Positions 1 to 9,435 of a stretch of 56,546 nucleotides of DNA are shown here, piece by piece. Position numbers and translations under genes: made by a program. The stretch's first letter is position 1. Each line of letters starts with the position of its first letter. The notes beneath the pieces were generated by a model. It saw only the letters and a list, made by a program, of their open reading frames with translations, made no database searches and was not told the DNA's origin. Source of the stretch: Candidatus Pacearchaeota archaeon (GTDB taxonomy: Archaea; Nanobdellota; Nanobdellia; Pacearchaeales; GW2011-AR1); NCBI GenBank assembly GCA_017608705.1, contig JAFCFJ010000007.1, positions 1 to 56,546 on the forward strand, read 5' to 3'.

Positions 1-246
1 CGCTATTTTTAGGCCGAGCCATGAGGCAAGCATAACAACCAAATCGCTAACACTATGCAAAGCATCACTGAGCAAGGCGAGACTGCCTGAAATAAGAGCT
101 ACGGAAGCTTTCAGGATAGCGAGTAAAAAAGAAACAAGAGCTGCCCTCAATGAGGCAGTTTCGCCTGCTCTCAGCTTCTTGATTTTTTCTTCATGCTTCT
201 CTGACACGCTTTTCCTGCTCTTGCGCTTATGCTCTGCTATTGCCAT
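1..246 (-). CDS. Cation diffusion facilitator (CDF/FieF-like) transporter, 5' part (runs off window)
   Basis: Manual translation from ATG at 246: MAIAEHKRK...AILKASVALISGSLALLSDALHSVSDLVVMLASWLGLKIA, containing the CDF signature S.ALL.DALHS..D. Confidence 0.85.
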   Translation of the reverse strand, partial: MAIAEHKRKSRKSVSEKHEEKIKKLRAGETASLRAALVSFLLAILKASVALISGSLALLSDALHSVSDLVVMLASWLGLKIA

Positions 247-665
247 CTTCTTCCACGGCCGGCACCATAGCCTCTACCTTGGCCCCGGCCCATACCAAGG
301 CCACCGCTACCACCACGGGCCATGCCTAAACCACGACCAAGGCCATAACCGCCAAGGCCCATCCTTCCAGGCACTGCTATTTCGCTCAACTTCCCTTCAG
401 CCAAGTCCTTGGCATTCTCTTCTATACTCTTGGTTGTGTTGCCTTGATACATAGCCACGCCAAACTGTTGCAATACAGCAAACGCTCTCGGACCGATAGC
501 ACCTGAAACAACAGCTTTCGCTCCCTTATTAATAACAAGCTGTGCAACATTGCTCAGCTTCCCTCGCTTGCCTATATCAGCTATAACAAAATAAGGACAT
601 CTACCAAAAACAGGACTCAACATGCTTCCAACGCTATTACCAGTGGAGCTAAATGCTACTCTCAT
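237..665 (-). CDS. NifB/NifX (dinitrogenase FeMo-cofactor biosynthesis) family protein with Gly/Arg-rich tail
   Basis: FGRCPYFVI motif, GAKAVVSGAIGPRAF, C-terminal GRGLGMGRG repeats; central segment appears missing. Confidence 0.8.
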   Translation of the reverse strand: MRVAFSSTGNSVGSMLSPVFGRCPYFVIADIGKRGKLSNVAQLVINKGAKAVVSGAIGPRAFAVLQQFGVAMYQGNTTKSIEENAKDLAEGKLSEIAVPGRMGLGGYGLGRGLGMARGGSGGLGMGRGQGRGYGAGRGRRWQ

Positions 666-674
666 TTTACCTTT

Positions 675-887
675 CTATGCCCACTTGCCTATCATGCGTG
701 CTCCGCATTTTGGGCATGTCATGCTTGAACACGGAATGCCTCGCTGATGCACGGTTTCGTAGCCACATGCAGGACACACGCACTTACTCGGCCCACCACG
801 ACGGCCAGGGCCAGGCGGAACGCCTTGCATATTTTTCATGTCTTGGCTCTCGCTTTGGCTTATCATTTTATTTTTACCTCCTTTCAA
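675..887 (-). CDS. Small Cys-rich zinc-ribbon-like protein
   Basis: CVCPACG...GIPCSSMTCPKCGARM motifs; operonic with DUF134 and NifX-like genes. Confidence 0.7.
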   Translation of the reverse strand: MKGGKNKMISQSESQDMKNMQGVPPGPGRRGGPSKCVCPACGYETVHQRGIPCSSMTCPKCGARMIGKWA

Positions 888-1167
888 GCCTTATTTTAAG
901 TGCTTTAGCATTAACAAGGAAATCTGCAATCTTTTTTCTTGCAGACCTGTAGATACGTGTAAATGTTGGCCTGCTCACTTTCATGCGCCTTGCTGCCTCC
1001 TCCTGCTTCAAGGCAAGCAAGTCCCGAAGCCTTATAGCTTCCAGTTCCTCATGCAAGAGTTCAATTTCGTTCAGGCGAGACAGTGGAATTGCTCTTGGCT
1101 TGAAATAGACTGCGAGCGGATCAAGCTCAACGCAACGCTCCTTCTTTGGCCTAACCATTATGAACAT
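874..1167 (-). CDS. DUF134 (UPF0251) predicted DNA-binding protein
   Basis: RPKKER, EELEAIRLRD..L.QEEAARRMKVSRPTFTRIY.SARKKIA pattern; start may be the later Met. Confidence 0.85.
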   Translation of the reverse strand: MFIMVRPKKERCVELDPLAVYFKPRAIPLSRLNEIELLHEELEAIRLRDLLALKQEEAARRMKVSRPTFTRIYRSARKKIADFLVNAKALKIRLERR

Positions 1168-1220
1168 ATGTTCATAACCTTTATAAATCTTTCTATTGTT
1201 GAGAAAAATAAAAAGAAAAA

Positions 1221-1562
1221 CTAGCCTTTTTCAGCCACCTCTGCCTTTCCACCTTTTTCTACACCAATAGCCACAAGGAGCAATGTTACGCCGATCAACA
1301 AATTCATTATTTCCTGGAAAAACACAAGAGCAAAAACCGGAACCAGTAACTTCTTCATCTCTGCAATTTTCTCGGTCAGGCCAGAAACCATGCTCATGCC
1401 AAACTGAGTGCCTAGGCTCTCCAGAGGACCTATCGCATCACTAATAGCTTTCGAAATTTCCTCAATCTTGGCATTAGCCATGCTGTAAGCTGCCGTAGTA
1501 AAAACAAGGGCAACTACGCTGAGAAAAATTATAAACACCGCAAGAAGCTTCGCTGCTATCAT
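1221..1562 (-). CDS. Hypothetical membrane protein
   Basis: 113-aa ORF with N- and C-terminal hydrophobic segments. Confidence 0.6.
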   Translation of the reverse strand: MIAAKLLAVFIIFLSVVALVFTTAAYSMANAKIEEISKAISDAIGPLESLGTQFGMSMVSGLTEKIAEMKKLLVPVFALVFFQEIMNLLIGVTLLLVAIGVEKGGKAEVAEKG

Positions 1563-1695
1563 GATAACCGCTTGTTTTTGTGATATAAAAATCTATCGGG
1601 AATAATTTTTGAATTATATATTTGAATATTGGAACCCTCAAAAATAGAAAATACAGGAAGCAAAAATTTATCAATGTAGCTAATAAGAAAAAACT

Positions 1696-1977
1696 ATGGA
1701 AAAGCCAAAGAATTTTGACGAGCTCGTAACTGAAGAGGAAAGAGAAATAATCCGTGAGCTTGAAGCCTCAATGACAAGGGTTTGCCCATATCTAAGGAAA
1801 GAAGAGAATTTTTTCTATTATTGTAAAGCTGGCCTCGACTGCGAGCAACTGGAGAAAAAGGAGCCAATAGTATCAAGCGCTATCTACGAAAAACGGCTGT
1901 CTATACAGGAATTACAGCTGTTCTGCATGAATAATTTTGAAAACTGCTTGTTTTACAAGATGTTTTCTGAAAGATAA
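1696..1977 (+). CDS. Hypothetical Cys-containing protein
   Basis: 93-aa ORF, CPY..FYYC...C...C..FENC, TATA-like element upstream. Confidence 0.6.
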   Translation: MEKPKNFDELVTEEEREIIRELEASMTRVCPYLRKEENFFYYCKAGLDCEQLEKKEPIVSSAIYEKRLSIQELQLFCMNNFENCLFYKMFSER

Positions 1978-1995
1978 GGCAAAAAGGATGAAACC

Positions 1996-2003
1996 TTTAT
2001 AAA
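1996..2003 (+). promoter_or_regulatory. TATA box (TTTATAAA) of aRF1, 21 nt before ATG
   Basis: Canonical archaeal TATA with A-rich BRE-like upstream sequence; spacing implies leaderless mRNA. Confidence 0.7.
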
Positions 2004-2024
2004 TTCCCCCGAGCTCTCGATAGG

Positions 2025-3119
2025 ATGGTAGAGGCAAAGAAATACGAGCTGGCAGAGTTCGTGCAGGAGCTTGAAAATTATAGAGGTAGGCATACAGAGC
2101 TGATCACAGTTTATATTCCTGCCGGCTACAACCTCAACGCTGTAGTGAGACAGCTCGAAGCTGAGAAAAGCACTGCAAATAACATAAAAAGTAAGACAAC
2201 GAGGAAAAATGTAATCGACGCATTAGAAAAGCTTGTGCGCTTTCTCAAGCAAATTGAAAAACTACCAGAAAACGGGCTTGCTGTCTTTTGTGGTAATGTT
2301 AGCGAAAAAGAGGGCGAACAAGACATAAGGTTATGGAGCATAGAACCACCATATCCGCTCAAAACAAGACTCTACCGCTGTGACCAAGAATTCGTGCTCG
2401 ATCCTCTGCGTGAGATGCTCGAGAGCGATGAAATATATGGCTTGTTTGTTATTGAACGTAAGGAAGCAACAATCGGCTTGCTCGAAGGGAAGCAAATCCG
2501 CATATTGCAGAGGCTAACATCAGGCATTCCAGGAAAACAGCGTGCCGGCGGACAGAGTAGCCAAAGATTCGAGAGGCTTCGTGAGGGCATGGCAAAGGAA
2601 TTCTATAGGCGTTGTGCTGACGCGTTGAAAGAACAATTCTTCCATATGCGTGACAAGCTCAAGGGCATACTCGTCGGAGGGCCTGGCCCAACCAAGGAAG
2701 AGTTTCTCAAAGAAGGCCAGCTTGTCACAGCATTGAAAGAAAAAATAATTGCTGTAAAAGATATAGGCTATGCTGACGAACATGGTCTCGAGCTTCTTGT
2801 GGAAGCAAGCCAGGACGTGCTTTCAGCTGTTGAAGTAACTAAGGAAAAACAATTGCTCGAAGAATTTTTCACATTACTTGCCAAGCAACCCGAGAAGGTT
2901 GTCTATGGTAAGGAACAGGTTGTCAAAGCGCTGGATGTTGGCGCTGTGGACAAGCTATTGATAAGTGAAAAAATACCAAAAGAGGAGAGGGCAAGGCTAG
3001 AGAAAAAAGCAGAGGAAACAGGAGCCAGCATAGAAATAATTTCGACGGAAACAAATGAAGGTCTGCAATTTTACAACCTTGGTGGTGTTGGCGCGTTCTT
3101 GAGGTTTAGTATAGATTAA
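2025..3119 (+). CDS. prf1: Peptide chain release factor aRF1
   Basis: NIKS, YRCD and GGQS motifs; C-terminal GGVGAFLRF. Confidence 0.97.
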   Translation: MVEAKKYELAEFVQELENYRGRHTELITVYIPAGYNLNAVVRQLEAEKSTANNIKSKTTRKNVIDALEKLVRFLKQIEKLPENGLAVFCGNVSEKEGEQDIRLWSIEPPYPLKTRLYRCDQEFVLDPLREMLESDEIYGLFVIERKEATIGLLEGKQIRILQRLTSGIPGKQRAGGQSSQRFERLREGMAKEFYRRCADALKEQFFHMRDKLKGILVGGPGPTKEEFLKEGQLVTALKEKIIAVKDIGYADEHGLELLVEASQDVLSAVEVTKEKQLLEEFFTLLAKQPEKVVYGKEQVVKALDVGAVDKLLISEKIPKEERARLEKKAEETGASIEIISTETNEGLQFYNLGGVGAFLRFSID

Positions 3120-3169
3120 ACTCTTAAACTTATTTGTTTAGGCCAGATTAAACTTTTAAATCCAGAAAC

Positions 3170-3763
3170 ATGAATAATGTCATGGAAGAAGAAGCAGAAA
3201 AAGAGGTAAATGATAACACGGTTGAAAATAAAACGTGTGAGCAAGCTGAAGAAAGCAATGAGCCCAGAAGGATAAACAGCAGGGAGCTCGAAGCTATGAA
3301 AAAAATTGAGGCTGCCCTATTTATAGCAGCAAGATTCATGACAATACAGGAACTCGTAAGCTTAACAGATATAAACCCGATAATGCTACGGGAGCTGCTT
3401 GAAAAGCTAAGAAAAAAATATTCCAACGAAACCACTGCCCTTGAGATTGCGCAGCGTGGCGAGTCATGGAAAATGGATGTCAAGCCTGCATACGTGTGGC
3501 TGGTGAATAAACTTGCAGCCGGGTCTCAGGAATTTAGCAAGGCAGAACAAGAAACTCTCGCTGTGATAGCATACAAACAGCCAATAAAGCAAAGTGTTGT
3601 TATAAAAATAAGAGGAAACAAGGCATATGACCATATAAAGAAATTTATTCAGCTCGGCTTGGTGAAAGCAAAAAAGCTCGGCCACACATACGAGCTCACG
3701 CTAAGCGATGAATTTTACGAGTATTTCCATATTAGCAAGAAAAAAGGAGGGCAAGAAAAATGA
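3170..3763 (+). CDS. scpB: SMC-Scp complex subunit ScpB
   Basis: IEAALF, ETLAVIAYKQPI.QS..IKIRG motifs. Confidence 0.92.
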   Translation: MNNVMEEEAEKEVNDNTVENKTCEQAEESNEPRRINSRELEAMKKIEAALFIAARFMTIQELVSLTDINPIMLRELLEKLRKKYSNETTALEIAQRGESWKMDVKPAYVWLVNKLAAGSQEFSKAEQETLAVIAYKQPIKQSVVIKIRGNKAYDHIKKFIQLGLVKAKKLGHTYELTLSDEFYEYFHISKKKGGQEK

Positions 3764-4983
3764 ATTTCATAACAAGCGTCTTCTTATTTTACATGTTTCT
3801 TGCCCTCTTTATGTTCTTCTTTTTTATATTTCTCTATATACGAAATAGGAAAACATTATTTGAATATCCAAAACCAAAAAAGCTCTATACTGTAAGCGTG
3901 TTGATTCCGGCTTACAATGAAGAAGAATGCATAGCTGCAACAATAGAGCAAGTGTTCAAGTCAAGCTACAAGGGCTTGCTTGAGGTTATAGTTATCAATG
4001 ACGGCTCCACTGATAACACGGCAAGTATAGTTAAAAGACTGATGAAAAAATACAAGAGGCTAAAGCTGATAAATAAGAAAAATACAGGCAAAGCTGACTC
4101 GCTCAACCAGGGCCTGAAAAAAGCAAGAGGCGAGCTTGTGGTTGTTGTCGATGCAGATAGTTTTCCGGAGAGGGAAGCAATAAGCAGAATGGTCGGTTTT
4201 TTCAACGACGAGCGAGTAGCTGCGGTTACAGCTTCAATATTAGTAAAAAACAAAAAAAGATTCTTAGAAAAATTGCAAGCAATCCAATACATAATAATAG
4301 CATGGACAAGGAAACTATTGGATTATATAGACGCGGTCTATGTCACGCCAGGAGCTCTAAGCATGTACAGGAAAAATGCCGTACTCAAAGTAGGCGGCTT
4401 TGATCCAAACAATCTTACAGAAGATATAGAGCTCACATGGCACTTAATCAACGAAGGCTACAAAACAAGAATGTGCTTAGCAGCAAAATGTAAAACAATT
4501 GTACCCTCAAGATTCAGAAGATTTTACGAGCAAAGAATAAGATGGAACATAGGAGGAATACAAACAATAAACAAGTATAAAAAAGCATTTGTAACTAGGG
4601 GAGGGGTTGCAAGTTTTATCTTACCTTTCTTCCTCATTGGCCTTATAGTAGGATTGTTCGGATTTGGAATATTTATCTACTTACTTTTCAAAAAATTTAT
4701 TCTCACTTACTTAAAAACTACTTACATAATAGGATCAAATCTGCCGTTGGTGACAATGGAAGACATATCATTCAACATCACAGTATTGAACTTTTTTGGT
4801 ATAGTTATGTTCTTTCTTTCTCTCGCATTCCTTTTGTTCGGCTTGAGAGTGATGAGAAGAAAAGAAAGAATAAAACAAAATGTTTTTAATATGATGTTCT
4901 ATATGTTTATTTATGCAATGATCCACCCACCAATGCTCGTAGCGGCTATGTGGCGTCTTGTAAGAGGTAAAAAAAGATGGTAA
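3760..4983 (+). CDS. Processive GT2 glycosyltransferase (cellulose/PNAG synthase-like)
   Basis: IPAYNEE, DGSTD, DAD, TED and QRIRW motifs; N- and C-terminal TM helices. Confidence 0.9.
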   Translation: MNFITSVFLFYMFLALFMFFFFIFLYIRNRKTLFEYPKPKKLYTVSVLIPAYNEEECIAATIEQVFKSSYKGLLEVIVINDGSTDNTASIVKRLMKKYKRLKLINKKNTGKADSLNQGLKKARGELVVVVDADSFPEREAISRMVGFFNDERVAAVTASILVKNKKRFLEKLQAIQYIIIAWTRKLLDYIDAVYVTPGALSMYRKNAVLKVGGFDPNNLTEDIELTWHLINEGYKTRMCLAAKCKTIVPSRFRRFYEQRIRWNIGGIQTINKYKKAFVTRGGVASFILPFFLIGLIVGLFGFGIFIYLLFKKFILTYLKTTYIIGSNLPLVTMEDISFNITVLNFFGIVMFFLSLAFLLFGLRVMRRKERIKQNVFNMMFYMFIYAMIHPPMLVAAMWRLVRGKKRW

Positions 4984-5645
4984 GCAAAGAAACAAAAGAA
5001 AAGAGAATAGTACTAACATTATCAATTATTTCTACCATAATAGTTTTCTCAATCGGCCTGATGATTGGAGCTTATTTTGAAATGTCCCGAGCAACTAAGA
5101 TAGAACTTCTAAGAGCAGAAGCAGAAATAGAGATATTAGACTTATTTTTACAGAAGGATCTTCCACTAGCAGATTGTAAAGCGATAGTAGAAAGCGCTAT
5201 TGAAACTGCCGACAAGATTTACCTCCAAGCGAAGATAATAGAAAAGTATGAAGAGTACGAAAAAATATCAAACACCCTTAAAATATTGCATAGGAGATAT
5301 GACCTCTTACGAACAATGTTATGGATACAACTAATAAATATTAAAAAAGAATGTAAAAACACGCCACATACACTAATCTATCTCTATAAATTTCATAACC
5401 CAAACATAGAACAAAAGGCGAAACAAAATGCGTTTTCAAAATTGCTTGCAGAGGTAAAGAGATCGCAAGGGAATAATGTTATTCTAATCCCCATAGCCGC
5501 AGACATGAATCTTAGTTCTCTGGATATGCTCCTCAAAACATATAATGTGACTGAGTTGCCAACCATACTCATAGATGAAAAAGTCAAACTAACGGACTTA
5601 GTGACAGCTGACGAGCTTATCAAGATTATAAATGAAACAAGCTGA
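4977..5645 (+). CDS. Hypothetical membrane-anchored protein (possible thioredoxin-like C-terminal fold)
   Basis: N-terminal TM helix, helical middle, C-terminal YNVTELPTILID. Confidence 0.65.
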   Translation: MVSKETKEKRIVLTLSIISTIIVFSIGLMIGAYFEMSRATKIELLRAEAEIEILDLFLQKDLPLADCKAIVESAIETADKIYLQAKIIEKYEEYEKISNTLKILHRRYDLLRTMLWIQLINIKKECKNTPHTLIYLYKFHNPNIEQKAKQNAFSKLLAEVKRSQGNNVILIPIAADMNLSSLDMLLKTYNVTELPTILIDEKVKLTDLVTADELIKIINETS

Positions 5646-5703
5646 CTAATTCGTGAATTCCTGCGAACGAAAAAAATAAATAAACTTGCCACCTAATTTT
5701 GTT

Positions 5704-6417
5704 ATGGATAAATGCTATTTTTGTGAAAGAACTTCTGACGAAGCGAGGATTCTTGAGGCAATTTATGCAGGTGAGATCATAGCCATATGTGAAGAATGCG
5801 CAGCACGTGAGAGCTTGCCCCTAATCAAGAAACCAACATTAGACCAGCTACGGGAGGCTGAACAGCCTTACACAGTGAGAGAAAGGCTAATGCGTATCTC
5901 GGGCATGCTAGAAAAAGATACTGGTAAAAAGGAAGAAGTATCTGAACAAAAAATGCAGGACAAACGAACAAAACTTGTGCCCAATTTCCATGAAATAATC
6001 GCAAAAGCAAGAGAAAAGCGCGGGCTTAGCCATGCTGAAGTTGCTAGCATGCTCGGTGAAAGCGAAGCTGCTGTAAAGATGGTAGAGCAAGGACAGTTGC
6101 CAGAAGGTTATGAGAGATTAATTAAAAAATTGGAGCAGTTCTTCATGATAAGGCTCACGGAACCAACACAAAATGAAATGCCAAAAGAAGAAACCCAGGC
6201 AAGAGAGATTGTGATAAATGCAAAAGTGGCGAGAGAGTTAACGATAGCTGACTTGCGCAGAATAAAAGAAGAAAGGGAAAAACATGCCACCGAACCTAAG
6301 AATAAAGAAGTCACAGAGAAAGAGGATGAAAAAGATACGAAAACATATGAAAAAGGAGAAAATACAACGCAAGATAAAAGCTTGCTTGGTTCTGATATAG
6401 AAATCATTGAAGATTAG
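5704..6417 (+). CDS. MBF1-like Zn-ribbon + HTH transcription coactivator
   Basis: CYFC...CEEC zinc motif, IAKAREKRGLS..EVA HTH_XRE, LIKKLEQFF; ATG at 5704. Confidence 0.75.
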   Translation: MDKCYFCERTSDEARILEAIYAGEIIAICEECAARESLPLIKKPTLDQLREAEQPYTVRERLMRISGMLEKDTGKKEEVSEQKMQDKRTKLVPNFHEIIAKAREKRGLSHAEVASMLGESEAAVKMVEQGQLPEGYERLIKKLEQFFMIRLTEPTQNEMPKEETQAREIVINAKVARELTIADLRRIKEEREKHATEPKNKEVTEKEDEKDTKTYEKGENTTQDKSLLGSDIEIIED

Positions 6418-6476
6418 CAGAATTCTCTGAAATATAAGACCGCAAAATTTAAAAACCCACACCAATAAAAGCAGGA

Positions 6477-6785
6477 ATGGAATTTTGCCAGAAGTGTGGT
6501 TCAGTTCTCGTGAAAGACGGCAAAATATTCAAATGCGCAAGGTGTGGCTATAAAACAAAAGAAAAGATAAAAATAGAAGCAAGTGAAAAGTTCAATGAGA
6601 AAACAAAAGTAGGAATAATGAAAGAGGAAGAAACCAATGTATTGCCAGTAACAGCTGCTGTATGTCCTAAATGCGGCCACCGCGAAGCATATTTCTGGAG
6701 CTCACAGACCCGTGCTGGAGACGAAGCTGAAACAAGATTCTTTCGCTGTGTTAAGTGTCAGCACACATGGCGTGAGTATAGATAA
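6477..6785 (+). CDS. tfs: Transcription factor S
   Basis: Two Zn ribbons; QTRAGDEAETRFFRC...WREY with acidic DE hairpin. Confidence 0.95.
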   Translation: MEFCQKCGSVLVKDGKIFKCARCGYKTKEKIKIEASEKFNEKTKVGIMKEEETNVLPVTAAVCPKCGHREAYFWSSQTRAGDEAETRFFRCVKCQHTWREYR

Positions 6786-6798
6786 ATAAATATCAATC

Positions 6799-7851
6799 TT
6801 AGGAAGTCACAAGCCTTATTATTCTTTTTCTAAACACTGGCAAATCCTCTACACTTACCTGTGCGCCTGTTGCATGTTTATGACCGCCCCCGGTTGCATC
6901 TTCAAGTCCTGCGATAGCTTTTCTCGTGATCTCTCGCATATCGAGTTCGCCACGTAATGAAATATTAGCTTTTGAACCCTTGATATATGCCACAACAATA
7001 ATCTTGTCTGGATAAAGATATGCCAGCTCGTTAGCAAGATCTGCACTCAAGCTCAGAGAGCCACCATACTGAAAGAACAGCACACGACCACGCGCATGTT
7101 TCCTTGCTCTCTCCAAAAGTTTTCTATATTTTTTCTCTATCTGTTTTGCCCGCCTTAACATAGTATAAGTCCTGCTATTCTCCTCAAGTAATTCATAAGG
7201 AGATTTTGCAGTAACTAAAAACTTGAGCATACGAACAACATTCGTAGTTCTGTCTTTCAGCGCAAAATTCAAAATCCTAATAATCTTACCAAGCTCTGTT
7301 TCATACATAGCATTCAAAGCCCTCCCTATACCAGGCTTCCATAAGTCTGGATATTTCCTTGCGAACTCGTCAGCAAAAGAAGGCATATACCCATCACCAA
7401 TACATCCTATCATAGCTATCCACAAATCTTCCTTTCTCGCAGTGGCTTGATAACACCAATAGCTCACTGGTTCACTACTCGGCTTCTCAGATTCGTGGGG
7501 GTTGTAATAGCGAATATAATTATTGATCTTTGCTGATTCAGAATCAAGCTTATGATGATCAATCCACACAAACTTCACCCCAGCTTTCTTTGCTTCCTCA
7601 ACAAAACCTTGTTCTATACCTGGTTTGTCAAGCACAAAAACCGTGTCGCCATTAAGCTCGTGGATCTTTCTTGCGTAACTAGCATTGAGCATAGGAAAAG
7701 ATTTTATGGCTATACCCTTCCCAGCATTTCTATAACGTCTAAGCAACAAAAAACTTGCCAAACCATCTGCATCATTATCAAAGAAAAACAGAGGTTCAGA
7801 GCTCTCATCGACAAAGTTTCTTATCTCACTCAATTGCTTCTCAGAGAGCAT
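6799..7851 (-). CDS. DHH/DHHA1 family phosphoesterase (NrnA/Pde2-like)
   Basis: DNDADG, LD, IDHH, GD and GGGH..A.G motifs. Confidence 0.88.
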   Translation of the reverse strand: MLSEKQLSEIRNFVDESSEPLFFFDNDADGLASFLLLRRYRNAGKGIAIKSFPMLNASYARKIHELNGDTVFVLDKPGIEQGFVEEAKKAGVKFVWIDHHKLDSESAKINNYIRYYNPHESEKPSSEPVSYWCYQATARKEDLWIAMIGCIGDGYMPSFADEFARKYPDLWKPGIGRALNAMYETELGKIIRILNFALKDRTTNVVRMLKFLVTAKSPYELLEENSRTYTMLRRAKQIEKKYRKLLERARKHARGRVLFFQYGGSLSLSADLANELAYLYPDKIIVVAYIKGSKANISLRGELDMREITRKAIAGLEDATGGGHKHATGAQVSVEDLPVFRKRIIRLVTS

Positions 7852-7914
7852 GCAAATTCTACAAAAATGTATTTTTTAAATCTTGTTTCTCAAAATAAAA
7901 GCAATACCTACCTC

Positions 7915-8913
7915 CTAAACCTTCTTTCCGACCATTACTTGCTCTCTCAGATTAGCCAACTCTTTCTGAATTTTGTTGGCTTCTTTGCCAAAAAAGGATA
8001 AGTCGGAGTTGAGGATATTGCCAAGATTTTTATAGCGCGAAACTAACAGCTTTATCAGCCTTTTCTCAAGTTTTGTTTTTGACAAAAGTCTATAACCTTT
8101 TGGCTGCACTATCTCCTCTGGCGACCTGCCAAAAACCTTGCTTGCAAGCTGGTTTATATCAATGATCTCCTCAAACTTAAGACCAATTTTGCCCAAATGC
8201 TTTAGGCTGTAATCCTCAAGCAATAATTTTTGCTCTGAATCAAGCCCAGACATCAGCTCACGAAAACGCATTCTCACTATAGTGCCTTCGTTGCCAAGCT
8301 CTATCATATAAAATTTCATCGAGGCTGCAATTTTCTTTATCATCTCTATTCTCGCAAGAACAGCGCAAACATCAGCAACAGAAACCAAGCCAGTAATTTC
8401 TAGCACATTAAGGTTCGTAACTAAATCATTATATATCTCACGCTGCTTTTCCAATATTTGAAGCGTTTCAGTTGCCCTCCTAAGAATTTCTTCTGTGCTC
8501 CTCAAAACATATTTCATATCTTGATAATAGAGCGTTACCACATTCCTGCGTTCAGAAACTGCTATAACCAGCGTGCCAACTTGCTTGGCTGTTCGTTCCG
8601 CAGCTCTGTGCCTCGTGCCTGTTTCAGCCGTAGCTATATTCTTATCGGGCACGAGAATTGTGTTAGCATAAAGAATCTTCTTCATGTCACGTGATAAAAC
8701 CACGGCACCATCCATCTTACATAACTCGACTAAACGTTGCGGCGTAAACTTGCTGTTTATTCTGAAACCTTTCTCCAAGATGTCCTGAAGACCATCAGCA
8801 TCAATAACTATGAGCGCGCCTGTCTTTGCACGCACAATATCTTCAAGAGCTGCACGCAATGCTGTGCCAGGAGCAACAAGACGCAATACATCGAGAAAAC
8901 TTTTTTCCTCCAT
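7915..8913 (-). CDS. disA: Diadenylate cyclase DisA
   Basis: APGT.LR, DGA and ETGTRHRAAERTA DAC motifs, DisA linker, PKGYRLLSK C-terminus. Confidence 0.93.
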   Translation of the reverse strand: MEEKSFLDVLRLVAPGTALRAALEDIVRAKTGALIVIDADGLQDILEKGFRINSKFTPQRLVELCKMDGAVVLSRDMKKILYANTILVPDKNIATAETGTRHRAAERTAKQVGTLVIAVSERRNVVTLYYQDMKYVLRSTEEILRRATETLQILEKQREIYNDLVTNLNVLEITGLVSVADVCAVLARIEMIKKIAASMKFYMIELGNEGTIVRMRFRELMSGLDSEQKLLLEDYSLKHLGKIGLKFEEIIDINQLASKVFGRSPEEIVQPKGYRLLSKTKLEKRLIKLLVSRYKNLGNILNSDLSFFGKEANKIQKELANLREQVMVGKKV

Positions 8914-8984
8914 ATTAATTTGACTTGAGTGAAATATTTAAACTTTCTCACAAAAAATTTTAAAGCTAAAACCAATATAAAAAG

Positions 8985-9431
8985 ATGGAAAACTCTTTCG
9001 TGTTGCTCCTAAACCACACCCTTGAGGAATGGATAGATATTGTTAGGAGACACATTGATGAAACTAAAAGATGTATAGAAAGAATTAAAAATGGTGAAGC
9101 AAAGAAGCGCTTTGTTTATTACTGGATTCTCGAAAATCAAATCTTGGTAGGCAATAATTCAATAAATAAGTATATAAGTTCGGAAGAAAGAAAAAAGGCC
9201 AAGGAATTGGTAGAAAGATTTGAGGTGATAATGAAAAAATATGGATGTTTTGCTCCAGAAAGTAAGAAGATCTACGAAGACAAGAACTTTCTTCTTATCT
9301 ATAAAGAAAAACTTGGTCTCGAGGAGAAAATATTAGAGGTGCTAAAAACAGTCAGTCATCCTTGGCATAAAAAGAGCATAGCTCTTACAAAAGAAAGCCA
9401 TTTTTACCAGGAGAATCCTAAAGCTGAATGA
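8985..9431 (+). CDS. Hypothetical protein
   Basis: 148-aa ORF with upstream TATA; no recognised motif. Confidence 0.55.
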   Translation: MENSFVLLLNHTLEEWIDIVRRHIDETKRCIERIKNGEAKKRFVYYWILENQILVGNNSINKYISSEERKKAKELVERFEVIMKKYGCFAPESKKIYEDKNFLLIYKEKLGLEEKILEVLKTVSHPWHKKSIALTKESHFYQENPKAE

Positions 9432-9435
9432 GGCC

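Noticed and set aside
255..365. GC-rich quasi-repeats (ggccat/ccacg) resembling a repeat array
   Set aside because: They encode the Gly/Arg-rich tail of the NifX-like protein; no constant repeat-spacer structure, so not CRISPR
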